From an uncultured Thermoleophilia bacterium (lineage in GTDB: Bacteria > Actinomycetota > Thermoleophilia > UBA2241), in assembly GCA_963702475.1 (NCBI GenBank), contig CAVPCT010000009.1, positions 128,001 to 192,000 of the forward strand: a stretch of DNA of 64,000 nt. Reading direction: 5' to 3'. The translations under genes and the position numbers were made by a program. How positions within the stretch are numbered: position 1 is the stretch's first letter; every line of letters begins with the position of its first letter. The notes under the pieces are model-generated. The model saw nothing but the letters and a program-made list of their open reading frames with translations. It was not told the DNA's origin and searched no databases. Shown one piece after another: positions 30,266 through 38,179 of the stretch.

Positions 30266-31480
30266 TTACTGCACGACCACAGTCCCGTGGTGGCACTGCG
30301 GGCCCATCCAGCACTCCCACTCGTAGGAGCCGGGAGCCAGGCCTGTGGTGTGCCAGGTGAGCGGGTCGGGGTAGGCCTTCGTCTTGGTGAGGTCGCTCGC
30401 CGTGGTGAAGTACATCGTGCGCCAGCAGGCCATCCTGGTGCCGGTGAAGACGATGTCGACCGGCGTGTTGGCCGACACCTGCGTGATCGAGTCGTGCGGG
30501 TCCGAGTCGATGGTCACCTTCTGGGGCGCACCGTCTACCACGAGCTTGCCGTAGTGGCACTCGTCCATCCAGCACTTCCAGGAGTAGCTGCCGTAGTCCA
30601 GGCCGGCCGTGTACCAGACGAGGGGATCGGCGCTGGTCTGCGCGAAGACGCGCGTCTCGAAGGCGATGCTCCGGTCGCAGCCCATGCCCTCGGAGGAGAC
30701 GTCACCGAAGGAGACGTAGGCAGGCAGGTACGGCAGGGCGTGCGTGTCGGCGTGGGACGTCTTGTCGATCGCGATGTCCTGGGCGACCACCAGACAGCCG
30801 GTGCCCCACTTGGGCATGGCGTCGCGCATCCAGTCGTAGCGGCCCGGTGCCAGCCCTGAGGTGCGCCAGACCAGCCCATCGGTGTCGGCCTTCTCGAAGT
30901 CGCCCCAGATGAAGTGCGCGGCGCCGTTCTTCTTGGGGTCGTTGGAGGTCCAGTCGGAGGGGGTGCTGAACACGACCTCGAGCGGCGTGTTCGCGGGGGC
31001 GACCGTGTCCCGAAGCGCTGCAGTCAGCCAGCCGTTCACGTTGGAGTCGACGTGGACCTGCAGGATGGCCTTCTCGACGTCGAAGCTCGTCATGTCGGAC
31101 CGCTTGACGAGCTTGCCGCCGCGGTACTGGTAGGCGCGGACGGCGTACTCGCCCTCGGCCGGGACTGTCATGCGGGACGAGTACGCGGTGCCAGCCGTGC
31201 CGGCGGGCGGCTTGGCGAGCGCGGCGCGGTGCGTGTCTGTGAGGTCCCACTGTCCGTCGTCGCGCATGTACAGCTTGACCTCGACGGTGGCGCGCGACGA
31301 TGCGGTCGATGCCGGCGTGATCACGCCGGAGACGGTGAAGGGCTCGCCGGCGACGGGCGCTGTGGAGAGCTTCGGTGTGCTGACCTTGTAGGTCACGCGC
31401 GCCTGTGCCACAGCGGGCAGGACTCCGACCAAGGCAAGCACGAGCGCCGCCAGCAGCAGTCGCTTCACGGGACGTGACAT
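30266..31480 (-). CDS. Secreted protein with three tandem cupredoxin-like repeats
   Basis: Signal peptide (AQA); repeats ending GRYDWMRDAMPKWGTGCLVV, GSYSWKCWMDECHYGKLVV and GSYEWECWMGPQCHHGTVVV; RBS GGAGG. Confidence 0.65.
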   Translation of the reverse strand: MSRPVKRLLLAALVLALVGVLPAVAQARVTYKVSTPKLSTAPVAGEPFTVSGVITPASTASSRATVEVKLYMRDDGQWDLTDTHRAALAKPPAGTAGTAYSSRMTVPAEGEYAVRAYQYRGGKLVKRSDMTSFDVEKAILQVHVDSNVNGWLTAALRDTVAPANTPLEVVFSTPSDWTSNDPKKNGAAHFIWGDFEKADTDGLVWRTSGLAPGRYDWMRDAMPKWGTGCLVVAQDIAIDKTSHADTHALPYLPAYVSFGDVSSEGMGCDRSIAFETRVFAQTSADPLVWYTAGLDYGSYSWKCWMDECHYGKLVVDGAPQKVTIDSDPHDSITQVSANTPVDIVFTGTRMACWRTMYFTTASDLTKTKAYPDPLTWHTTGLAPGSYEWECWMGPQCHHGTVVVQ

Positions 31481-31837
31481 GGCTTCCTCCCAACGTCGCG
31501 GCGCCGGGTGCGGCCCCGGCGCCTCCCCAATGCATAGGACAGCGTGCATAGGCGAGCATATATCATTGTGCGTAGCTTCCTTCCGCCTGTTGGCGTTGAC
31601 TGCCGCCGAGGAGTCAGACCCGCGTGCGGTTCAGCGGTCGTCGGGCCGCGCTCGACCGTCGTCTCTGGGGCGACCAGTAACGTGCAGGTCGACGTACTCA
31701 GCGAGGCCACGCCGAGCGACGCGGAGAGTCCGGCGACGGTCGGGATGGCGTCGCTGGAGGCGGGGCGTTGCCGTTTGTCCACCCTGCGCGGCCGCAACGG
31801 CGTTGCCGCCGTCAGGGCGACTCCGTATCATCGGGTC

Positions 31838-32059
31838 ATGAGCATGCCTGCCATCGACATCGAGAAGCTCGCGCCGGAGGAGCGCCTGGAGCTCATCTCA
31901 GAGCTATGGGAGAGTCTCCGCGCAATACCTGAGACCGTGGCTCTCACACCTGCGCAGCGAACCGAGCTCAAGCGACGGCTCGACGAGCTCGACAGCGGCA
32001 CAGTCGGCCTCGTGCCTTGGGACGAGGTCAAGCGGCGGCTGACCGCCAGTCTCGAGTGA
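31838..32059 (+). CDS. Addiction-module antitoxin (TIGR02574-like)
   Basis: LAPEERLELISELWESL..LTPAQRTELKRRL..VPWDEVK; TATCAT -10 at 31826 suggests a leaderless start. Confidence 0.88.
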   Translation: MSMPAIDIEKLAPEERLELISELWESLRAIPETVALTPAQRTELKRRLDELDSGTVGLVPWDEVKRRLTASLE

Positions 32060-32355
32060 CCCGCGTCTGGTTCCTGCCGTCGGCGGTCGTCGACGTCAGG
32101 ACCGCTTGGGCGTGGTACGAAGAGGAGAGGGCAGGGCTGGGGGACGAGTTTGTCGCGGCCGTCGAAGCAGCAGTCGACCGTCTCCTGGACTCGCCGCTGG
32201 CGAGCCCGGTGGTGTTCCGCGACGCGCGCCGCTTCCTGCCGGAGCGCTTCCTGTACTGCCTGTTCTACCGCGTCGTCGGGGATGGCGTTGTCGTGATCGC
32301 CCTGCTCCACGCCGCGCGTGATGCGGACGTGCCCGAAGGCCGGTTGCCGGCCTGA
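32056..32355 (+). CDS. RelE/ParE family toxin
   Basis: AWAWYEEERAGLGDEF..RRF..RFLYCLFY..VIALLHAARD; overlaps the antitoxin stop. Confidence 0.88.
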   Translation: MTRVWFLPSAVVDVRTAWAWYEEERAGLGDEFVAAVEAAVDRLLDSPLASPVVFRDARRFLPERFLYCLFYRVVGDGVVVIALLHAARDADVPEGRLPA

Positions 32356-32402
32356 CGAGCGCCAGCGTCGTTGCCGCGCGGATGGGGGACATCCGCCCGG
32401 CG

Positions 32403-32723
32403 TCACTCAGCGCCGAGCGCGCCATCCTCTCGCGCCGGCGTGATGCTCGCCTGCTGGGGCCGCAGTCCGACGTTCAGTTGCATCCCCAGGGCGAATGCCA
32501 ACTTCGTCATCGTCTTGAGCGTGAAGTTGGCGTTGCCGCCGAGCACGCGGGTCACATAGGCCTGCGACGTGCCCAGCCTGCGGGCCAGCTCGGTCCTCGT
32601 GATGCCCTGCTCCGCCATGGCGGCCGAGAGCGCCTCCGTGAAGGCGATGATCGCGCCCTCCTCCCAGTACTCGGGCATGCGGCGAGCGTCGTCGAAGAGC
32701 TGACGGAACGACGGCTCAGTCAC
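32403..32723 (-). CDS. XRE-family HTH antitoxin
   Basis: AMAEQGITRTELARRLGTSQAYVTRVLGGNANFTLKTMTKLAFALG; RBS GGAGGAG. Confidence 0.88.
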   Translation of the reverse strand: MTEPSFRQLFDDARRMPEYWEEGAIIAFTEALSAAMAEQGITRTELARRLGTSQAYVTRVLGGNANFTLKTMTKLAFALGMQLNVGLRPQQASITPAREDGALGAE

Positions 32724-33121
32724 GTCTCCTCCAGAAGGCCGAGCTTGCCGGCGCGTTTGGCGTTGAGGTAGCGCCAGCGGGTCCGCGTCGTCTGCTCGAC
32801 GGCGAGCGTGAGCCGGCGCGGCTTGGGTTTCGCCAGGGCCTCGCTGCAGACCACGACGCGGCTCTCGTCGAAGAAGCAGAGGACGCGAGTGCAACCGCGC
32901 GTCTTCAACTCGTACACGTCCCGCGTCAGGCGGCGGAAGCGGGACGTGTCGTGCGGCGGCCTGGACTCAGCCACGAGGTCGAAGGCGCGCATGAGGCGCG
33001 CGAACTCAGGGGGGTCGTCACGGCGGAGGCGGACCGCAAGTTCGAGCACGGGGCATCGCTCCTCGTCGGTGCACGCGGCGAGCACGGTCCATCGTCCGCG
33101 CGCGATGATGCGGAGCTTCAG
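32720..33121 (-). CDS. RelE/Gp49-like toxin (start uncertain)
   Basis: RFRRLTRDVYELK..RVLCFFDE..VVVCSEALAK; overlaps the HTH gene; no clear ATG/GTG start. Confidence 0.7.
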   Translation of the reverse strand: MKLRIIARGRWTVLAACTDEERCPVLELAVRLRRDDPPEFARLMRAFDLVAESRPPHDTSRFRRLTRDVYELKTRGCTRVLCFFDESRVVVCSEALAKPKPRRLTLAVEQTTRTRWRYLNAKRAGKLGLLEET

Positions 33122-33139
33122 CTTAACACAACAGTTAAG
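33122..33139. promoter_or_regulatory. Palindrome CTTAAC-N6-GTTAAG, candidate TA autorepression operator
   Basis: Perfect 6-bp AT-rich arms directly upstream of the toxin. Confidence 0.55.
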
Positions 33140-33275
33140 TCGTTTCCAAGGGGAAGCATGGGGACGCACGCAACCCGTCGTCGCCTGCCTGAGGCAGGGT
33201 GACGAGGGTGGACATTGGCGCGTGGGGCGGCGGTATCGAGTATTTCGTCCACTCACCGTGTACGCTACGAAGGCC

Positions 33276-33596
33276 ATGCAGACTGACGTCGCAGCCGAGA
33301 TCGAACGCTTGGTGAGCCTCATCGTGGCCGAGGCGCACCCGGTGCGCGTGATCCTGTTCGGGTCTGCCGCGCGCGGCGAGATGACGCCGGACAGCGACAT
33401 CGATCTGCTCGTGGTGATGCCCGACGGCACGCACCGGCTCCACACCATGCAACGGCTCTACGCGCGCATCCGCGGGGTGAGAGTGCCGTTCGACCTGCTC
33501 GTCGCGACGATTGCAGACCTCGAGGCGCACGGCGACGCACTCGGCCTTATCTATCGCGACGCTCTCCGTGAGGGCAGGGAGCTCTATGCGGCCTGA
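33276..33596 (+). CDS. Minimal nucleotidyltransferase (MNT) antitoxin
   Basis: VILFGSAARGEMTPDSDIDLLV (GS-x10-DxD). Confidence 0.92.
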   Translation: MQTDVAAEIERLVSLIVAEAHPVRVILFGSAARGEMTPDSDIDLLVVMPDGTHRLHTMQRLYARIRGVRVPFDLLVATIADLEAHGDALGLIYRDALREGRELYAA

Positions 33597-33996
33597 CTCT
33601 GCCGATCCCCGCCGCTGGCTCGCGTACGCCCGCAGTGATCTCGCGCTGGCTCGCGAGGGACGCCAGAGCGCGGACGTCTTCCTTGAGTCGCTGTGCTATC
33701 ACTGCCAGCAGGCTGTTGAGAAGAGCCTCAAAGCCGTGCTGATTGCGCACAGGCTGGACTTCCCGCGCACGCACAACGTGGGCACGCTGGCGGATCTTCT
33801 GCCGGCTACTGCGGCGCTTTCGTCCGTGGTCTCCGACGACCTGCTCCGCGGACTGAGCGCCTACGCGATCCTCTCACGGTATCCCGGGGACCTGGAGGAC
33901 GTCTCGGAGGCCGACTACGCGCAGGCGCTGGATGTCGCATCACGGATAGTCGACTGGGCGGGCTTGCATGTGGACAGCGAGTTGTCCAGTCACTGA
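33586..33996 (+). CDS. HEPN domain protein
   Basis: WL..ARSDL, CYHCQQAVEKSLKA, PRTHN, SRYPG. Confidence 0.92.
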   Translation: MRPDSADPRRWLAYARSDLALAREGRQSADVFLESLCYHCQQAVEKSLKAVLIAHRLDFPRTHNVGTLADLLPATAALSSVVSDDLLRGLSAYAILSRYPGDLEDVSEADYAQALDVASRIVDWAGLHVDSELSSH

Positions 33997-34049
33997 GGCG
34001 CTCTGAGCGCGCCTTGGCGAGGCGGGACTTCGGGACACAGTACGTCACG

Positions 34050-34081
34050 GCCCGCTCCCCGGAAGGGGAAGCGGGCTTGTT
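34050..34081 (+). terminator. Putative intrinsic terminator
   Basis: GCCCGCTCCCC-ggaa-GGGGAAGCGGGC then TTGTT, between convergent genes. Confidence 0.6.
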
Positions 34082-34126
34082 GCGTCAGGGGGTGAGCCTG
34101 GCGGGCGGGTAGGGAGGGACCCGGCC

Positions 34127-35425
34127 TCAGCACCCCGGCTCGAGCGCCGCGACGGCCTCCCGGCGGCGGCGCAGGAGCATGTGGACGGCGACCAGCACCA
34201 GCGCCGCCACGTTGATCACGGCGGCGATCACGAAGGCCTGCGAGAAGCTCCCGTCGCTGGCCTCGGCGACTTGGGCGGCGAGCCGCGGTCCGGCGTAGGC
34301 CGCCACGGCGATGGTCAGGAACATGATGCCGAAGTTCACGCCGAGGTGCCGCGCGCCGAAGGCGTCCGCAGTGACCGGTCCCATGAGCGAGAGGAACCCG
34401 CCGTAGCAGAGGCCGACGGTCGCGAGCGCGAGCACCACCATGAAGTAGGCCGTGGCCTGCGAGAGCACGACGAGGGCGAGGGCGGCGAGCACCAGCATGG
34501 AGGCGAACACGGGGTACCGCCCGATCCTGTCCGACAGGCTGCCCCACCCGACCTTGCCCAACACCATGCCGAGGGCCACGAAGCCGACGACCACGCCGGC
34601 CGCCTGCGGGGAGATGCCGAGGATCTCCTGGGCGATGGGGGACGCGTGCCCGAGCACCATCATGCCGGAGAACGTGCCGGCCACGAAGAGGGCGAAGAGC
34701 ACGTAGAAGTCGGGCGTGCGCAGCATGCCGCGCCAGTCGAGGTCGGCGTCCGTGTCGTCGCCGTCGATGGCCGGCACGTCGACCAGCGGCTCTTCGTGGG
34801 CGTCGATGTGGGGGGCGGTGTACACGAGCCGCGAGCTGAGTGCGATGGCGACGAAGAAGAACATGCCGAGGGCGACCAGCGTGACCGTGAGCCCGTACCT
34901 GTCGATGAGCAGGGCGGCGAGCGGGGCGCACACGACGCCGCCGACGCCGTAGCCGGCGGTGAGGATGCCCGAGGCCATGCCGCGGCGGTCGGGAAAGAAG
35001 CGGATGACGTTGGTCATGGTGCCGCCGGGGTACACGGCGCCCATGCCGAAGCCGGCGAGAAAGGAGAACCCGTACACGCCGGCCAGCGAGTGCACGAAGG
35101 CCAGGCACACGAGACCGAGGCCGATGAGCGCGCCGCCGACGATGATCACGGTGCGCGGTTTGACGTACTGCTGCGCCTTGCCGGCGACGATGCTGGCGAT
35201 GGCGCCGGCCCCCAGAAGGGCCGTGAACGACAAGGCGATGTCGGCCGTGGACCAGCCGGCGCCCTCCGCGAGCGGCCTCTGGAACACGCTCCAGGCGTAG
35301 CCGATGCCGGCGCAGAGGCTCGCCGCCACGCAGGCGGCGAGGGCGATCCAGCGGCGCCGGCCCGCGGTGACCGGCGCGGCGTCTGGGGCTGGGTCGGTGG
35401 TTGGGGCGGGGTCAGCGGCGCGCAT
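34127..35425 (-). CDS. OFA-family (oxalate:formate antiporter-like) MFS transporter
   Basis: YAWSVFQRPL, FFPDRRGMASG..GYG, WGSLSDRIGR, FGARHLGVNFG. Confidence 0.9.
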   Translation of the reverse strand: MRAADPAPTTDPAPDAAPVTAGRRRWIALAACVAASLCAGIGYAWSVFQRPLAEGAGWSTADIALSFTALLGAGAIASIVAGKAQQYVKPRTVIIVGGALIGLGLVCLAFVHSLAGVYGFSFLAGFGMGAVYPGGTMTNVIRFFPDRRGMASGILTAGYGVGGVVCAPLAALLIDRYGLTVTLVALGMFFFVAIALSSRLVYTAPHIDAHEEPLVDVPAIDGDDTDADLDWRGMLRTPDFYVLFALFVAGTFSGMMVLGHASPIAQEILGISPQAAGVVVGFVALGMVLGKVGWGSLSDRIGRYPVFASMLVLAALALVVLSQATAYFMVVLALATVGLCYGGFLSLMGPVTADAFGARHLGVNFGIMFLTIAVAAYAGPRLAAQVAEASDGSFSQAFVIAAVINVAALVLVAVHMLLRRRREAVAALEPGC

Positions 35426-36224
35426 ACGCCGCGATCTGGTCGTCGGTGAGGTAGCCGGGGTCGGCCTGGGCGCCGTAGCCGCCGCCGTCGATGACGACGA
35501 TCTGGCCGGTGATGTTGGCGGCCAGCGGGCTGGCGTAGTACACGGCCAGGGAGGCGACCTCCTCGGGCTGCGACAGGCGACCGAGCGGCACGAGCGCGGT
35601 CGCCGTGTCCATGCTGTCGCCGATGATGCCGAGCGTCATCTCGGTGAGCACACCGCCGGAGGCGATGGCGTTGACGGTGATGCCGTACTCGGCCCACTCC
35701 ATGGCGGCCTGGCGGCTGATCGCCGCCGCGGCGCCCTTGCTGGCGCTGTACATCGGCGAGCATAGTGGCTTGCGCATGCCGACGATGCCGGCGATCGAGG
35801 CGAAGTTCACGATGGCGCCCTTCTTGCGTCGCTTCATCGACTGGCCCACGACCTCACGCATCACGAAGAAGAGCGCTTTTGCGTTGATGGCGAAGACGTC
35901 GTCCCACTCCTGCTCGGTGACGTCCTCCGCGTAGCACTGCGGGCCGACGGCGGCCGGCTGGATGAGCACGTCGATCTCGCCCATCTCGGCGCGGATCTTC
36001 TCCACAAGCGGCTTGATCTCCGCGATCTTGCGCAGGTCCTGCGGGTACGCTTTGACCTCGCCCTTCTTCGCGAGCTCGGCCGCCGACGCGGCCAGCCTGT
36101 CCTCCATGATGTCCACCATGGCGACCTTGGCGCCGCTGCTGACGAGGATATCGGCGATGGCGTAGCCGATGCCGCGCGCCGAGCCGGTGACGACGGCGAC
36201 CTGGTTGTCGAAGCGGATCTCCAC
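35412..36224 (-). CDS. Short-chain dehydrogenase/reductase (acidic residue after beta2, likely NAD)
   Basis: TGSARGIG, MVDI, YSASK; RBS AAGGAG. Confidence 0.93.
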   Translation of the reverse strand: MEIRFDNQVAVVTGSARGIGYAIADILVSSGAKVAMVDIMEDRLAASAAELAKKGEVKAYPQDLRKIAEIKPLVEKIRAEMGEIDVLIQPAAVGPQCYAEDVTEQEWDDVFAINAKALFFVMREVVGQSMKRRKKGAIVNFASIAGIVGMRKPLCSPMYSASKGAAAAISRQAAMEWAEYGITVNAIASGGVLTEMTLGIIGDSMDTATALVPLGRLSQPEEVASLAVYYASPLAANITGQIVVIDGGGYGAQADPGYLTDDQIAAYARR

Positions 36225-36286
36225 GGGGACTCCTTCTCGCGTGTACGCGTGCGCGCTGGCTTGTCGTCGTGCGCCTCCCGAGGTGC

Positions 36287-36335
36287 TTGACAGCGGGGAG
36301 GCCGGGGCCCAGTATATCGTAGAGCGAGCGCTCTA
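36287..36335 (+). promoter_or_regulatory. Promoter TTGACA-N17-CAGTAT with perfect operator TAGAGCG-AG-CGCTCTA over the likely start site
   Basis: -35 at 36287, -10 at 36310, palindrome at 36320-36335. Confidence 0.75.
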
Positions 36336-36408
36336 TCTAGGGTCGTTCCGCGCCACTCAGCAAGATAGGCAGCAGACCACTGAGACCCAGTCGGGGAGGT
36401 CACACGCG

Positions 36409-37398
36409 ATGATCAGGGCCAACTACGAGTCCGACGCCGGCAAGCGCAGGGAGATCCCGCCGAGCGAGCTGGGCACGATCCCCTTCGTCCCGTTCGAAGA
36501 GTACCGCGAGATGTTCAAGCACTTCCTGCTCCTGAAGCGGGAGAACGGCATCCTCGAGGCCCGTCTGCACACCGACGGCGACAGCATGCAGTGGGGCGCC
36601 CCGGCGCACCAGGGCCTGCACGTGTTCTTCGACCTCGCCGGCCGCGACCTGGACAACGAGGTCATCATCCTGGGCGGCACCGGCCAGGACTTCATCAAGA
36701 GCATGGGCAAGGCGGACCTCAAGCAAGACGAGGAGACCAAGGAGTTCGAGTCGCAGGGCGACGACGCCTGGAAGCTCTACGAGTACCAGTACCTCGACGG
36801 CACCAAGAACATCGAGGGCCAGATCTTCGACATCCAGGTGCCCACCATCGGCATCTGGAACGGCGCCGCCTTCCACACCGACATCCCGCTGTTCTGCGAC
36901 CTCACCCTGTGCACCGAGGACGCCTGGACCACGGAGATGCACTTCCGCGTCAACATGGTGCCCGGCGACGGCATCCAGACGGTGTGGCGCGAGCTCATGG
37001 GCCGCAAGCGCTACGCCTATGCCGAGCTGACCGGCGAGGTCATCACCGCGCGCAAGGCGCTGGCGCTGGGCATGGTCAACGAGATCCTGCCGGACACCGA
37101 GGCTGCGTACGCGCGCGCCTGGGAGATCGCCGAGCTCATCATGCGCACCGGCTCGCGCGTGACGCGTCGCATCACCACCCAGCAGCTGCGCAAGCCCTGG
37201 AAAGAGGACATCGCCGACGAGCTCCGCAACGCCTTCTCGTCCGAGATGTACGTCACCGCGACCGAGCACTCCCCGCACGAGAACAAGTACTGGGAGTGGG
37301 CGCACGAAGAGGCCGGCCTGGTCCGCGCCGCCGAGGCCAAGGGCAAGGTCATCCGCCCGCGCGTCGACGGCGGCCACGAAGAGGACGAGATCAGGTAA
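36409..37398 (+). CDS. Crotonase-superfamily beta-diketone hydrolase (6-oxocamphor hydrolase-like)
   Basis: HFRVNMVPGDG (His-x8-Asp), LTGEVITARKALALGMVNE. Confidence 0.8.
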   Translation: MIRANYESDAGKRREIPPSELGTIPFVPFEEYREMFKHFLLLKRENGILEARLHTDGDSMQWGAPAHQGLHVFFDLAGRDLDNEVIILGGTGQDFIKSMGKADLKQDEETKEFESQGDDAWKLYEYQYLDGTKNIEGQIFDIQVPTIGIWNGAAFHTDIPLFCDLTLCTEDAWTTEMHFRVNMVPGDGIQTVWRELMGRKRYAYAELTGEVITARKALALGMVNEILPDTEAAYARAWEIAELIMRTGSRVTRRITTQQLRKPWKEDIADELRNAFSSEMYVTATEHSPHENKYWEWAHEEAGLVRAAEAKGKVIRPRVDGGHEEDEIR

Positions 37399-37438
37399 GA
37401 CGGCCGGGTACGGGCGACACGAGAGAGAAGGGGACGCC

Positions 37439-38179
37439 GTGAGCGAGCAGGCAGCCGTGAGCGCCATGAGCCAGGCCCTGACCGACATGCAGGAGCGCGT
37501 CGCCGGGCGTGAGCTGCCTGCGACCTCGCAGGACCGGGAGCTGACCGACATCCGCCGGCGGCAGATCGTCGACGGCGCCAGCGCGGTGCTCTTCGAGCAG
37601 GGCTTCCATGGCTGCTCGATTCGGGACATCGCACGCGCCTGCGAGATGTCGATGGGGCAGCTCTACCACTACATCTCCTCGAAGGACGACATCCTGTTCT
37701 TGATGCACGTCTACAGCCAGGAGATGTGGCACGAGCACCTGGCCGACGCGGGCTTCGACGCGATCGCCGACCCGGTGGACAAGCTCGAGCACGGCTTGCG
37801 GATCACGATGAAGTACCTCTCGGAGAACCGCGACCTGTACCAGTTCCTGTACACGGAGTCCAAGTACCTCGACCGCGAGCACCTTCGCGAAGTGCTGGAG
37901 CTGGACGACCAGAACGTGGTCGGCTTCTACCGGCACCTGCTGGCGCAGATCCCGGGCTTCGCCGACCGTGACCACGCCGACCTCGCCGCCAACCTGGTCG
38001 CGTTCGTCTGCGTGTTCCTCTCGCTGCGCGGCTGGAACCTGCACCTGGGTGGCGAGGCCGACGTGGACGCCGCCGTCGACTACCTCGTCGATTTCGTGTT
38101 CCGCGGCCTCGGCATCGAACGCGCCGTCAGGCAAGGCGACGGAGCGCAGACGACACACACTTCGGAGGAAAGCGCATGA
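37439..38179 (+). CDS. TetR-family regulator
   Basis: [41 protein letters not shown]. Confidence 0.93.
   Translation: MSEQAAVSAMSQALTDMQERVAGRELPATSQDRELTDIRRRQIVDGASAVLFEQGFHGCSIRDIARACEMSMGQLYHYISSKDDILFLMHVYSQEMWHEHLADAGFDAIADPVDKLEHGLRITMKYLSENRDLYQFLYTESKYLDREHLREVLELDDQNVVGFYRHLLAQIPGFADRDHADLAANLVAFVCVFLSLRGWNLHLGGEADVDAAVDYLVDFVFRGLGIERAVRQGDGAQTTHTSEESA

Noticed and set aside
30266-30600. c-type heme motifs (CWMDECH, CWMGPQCH)
   Set aside because: Spacing is CX4CH and CX5CH within a cupredoxin-like strand pattern, not CxxCH.
31631-31831. Possible small ORF or mobile-element remnant
   Set aside because: No RBS, no motif, and it overlaps the promoter region of the TA module.
29619-34126. 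Integron-like cassette array or genomic island
   Set aside because: No integrase, no repeated attC-like elements, mixed gene orientation, and no flanking direct repeats or tRNA seen.
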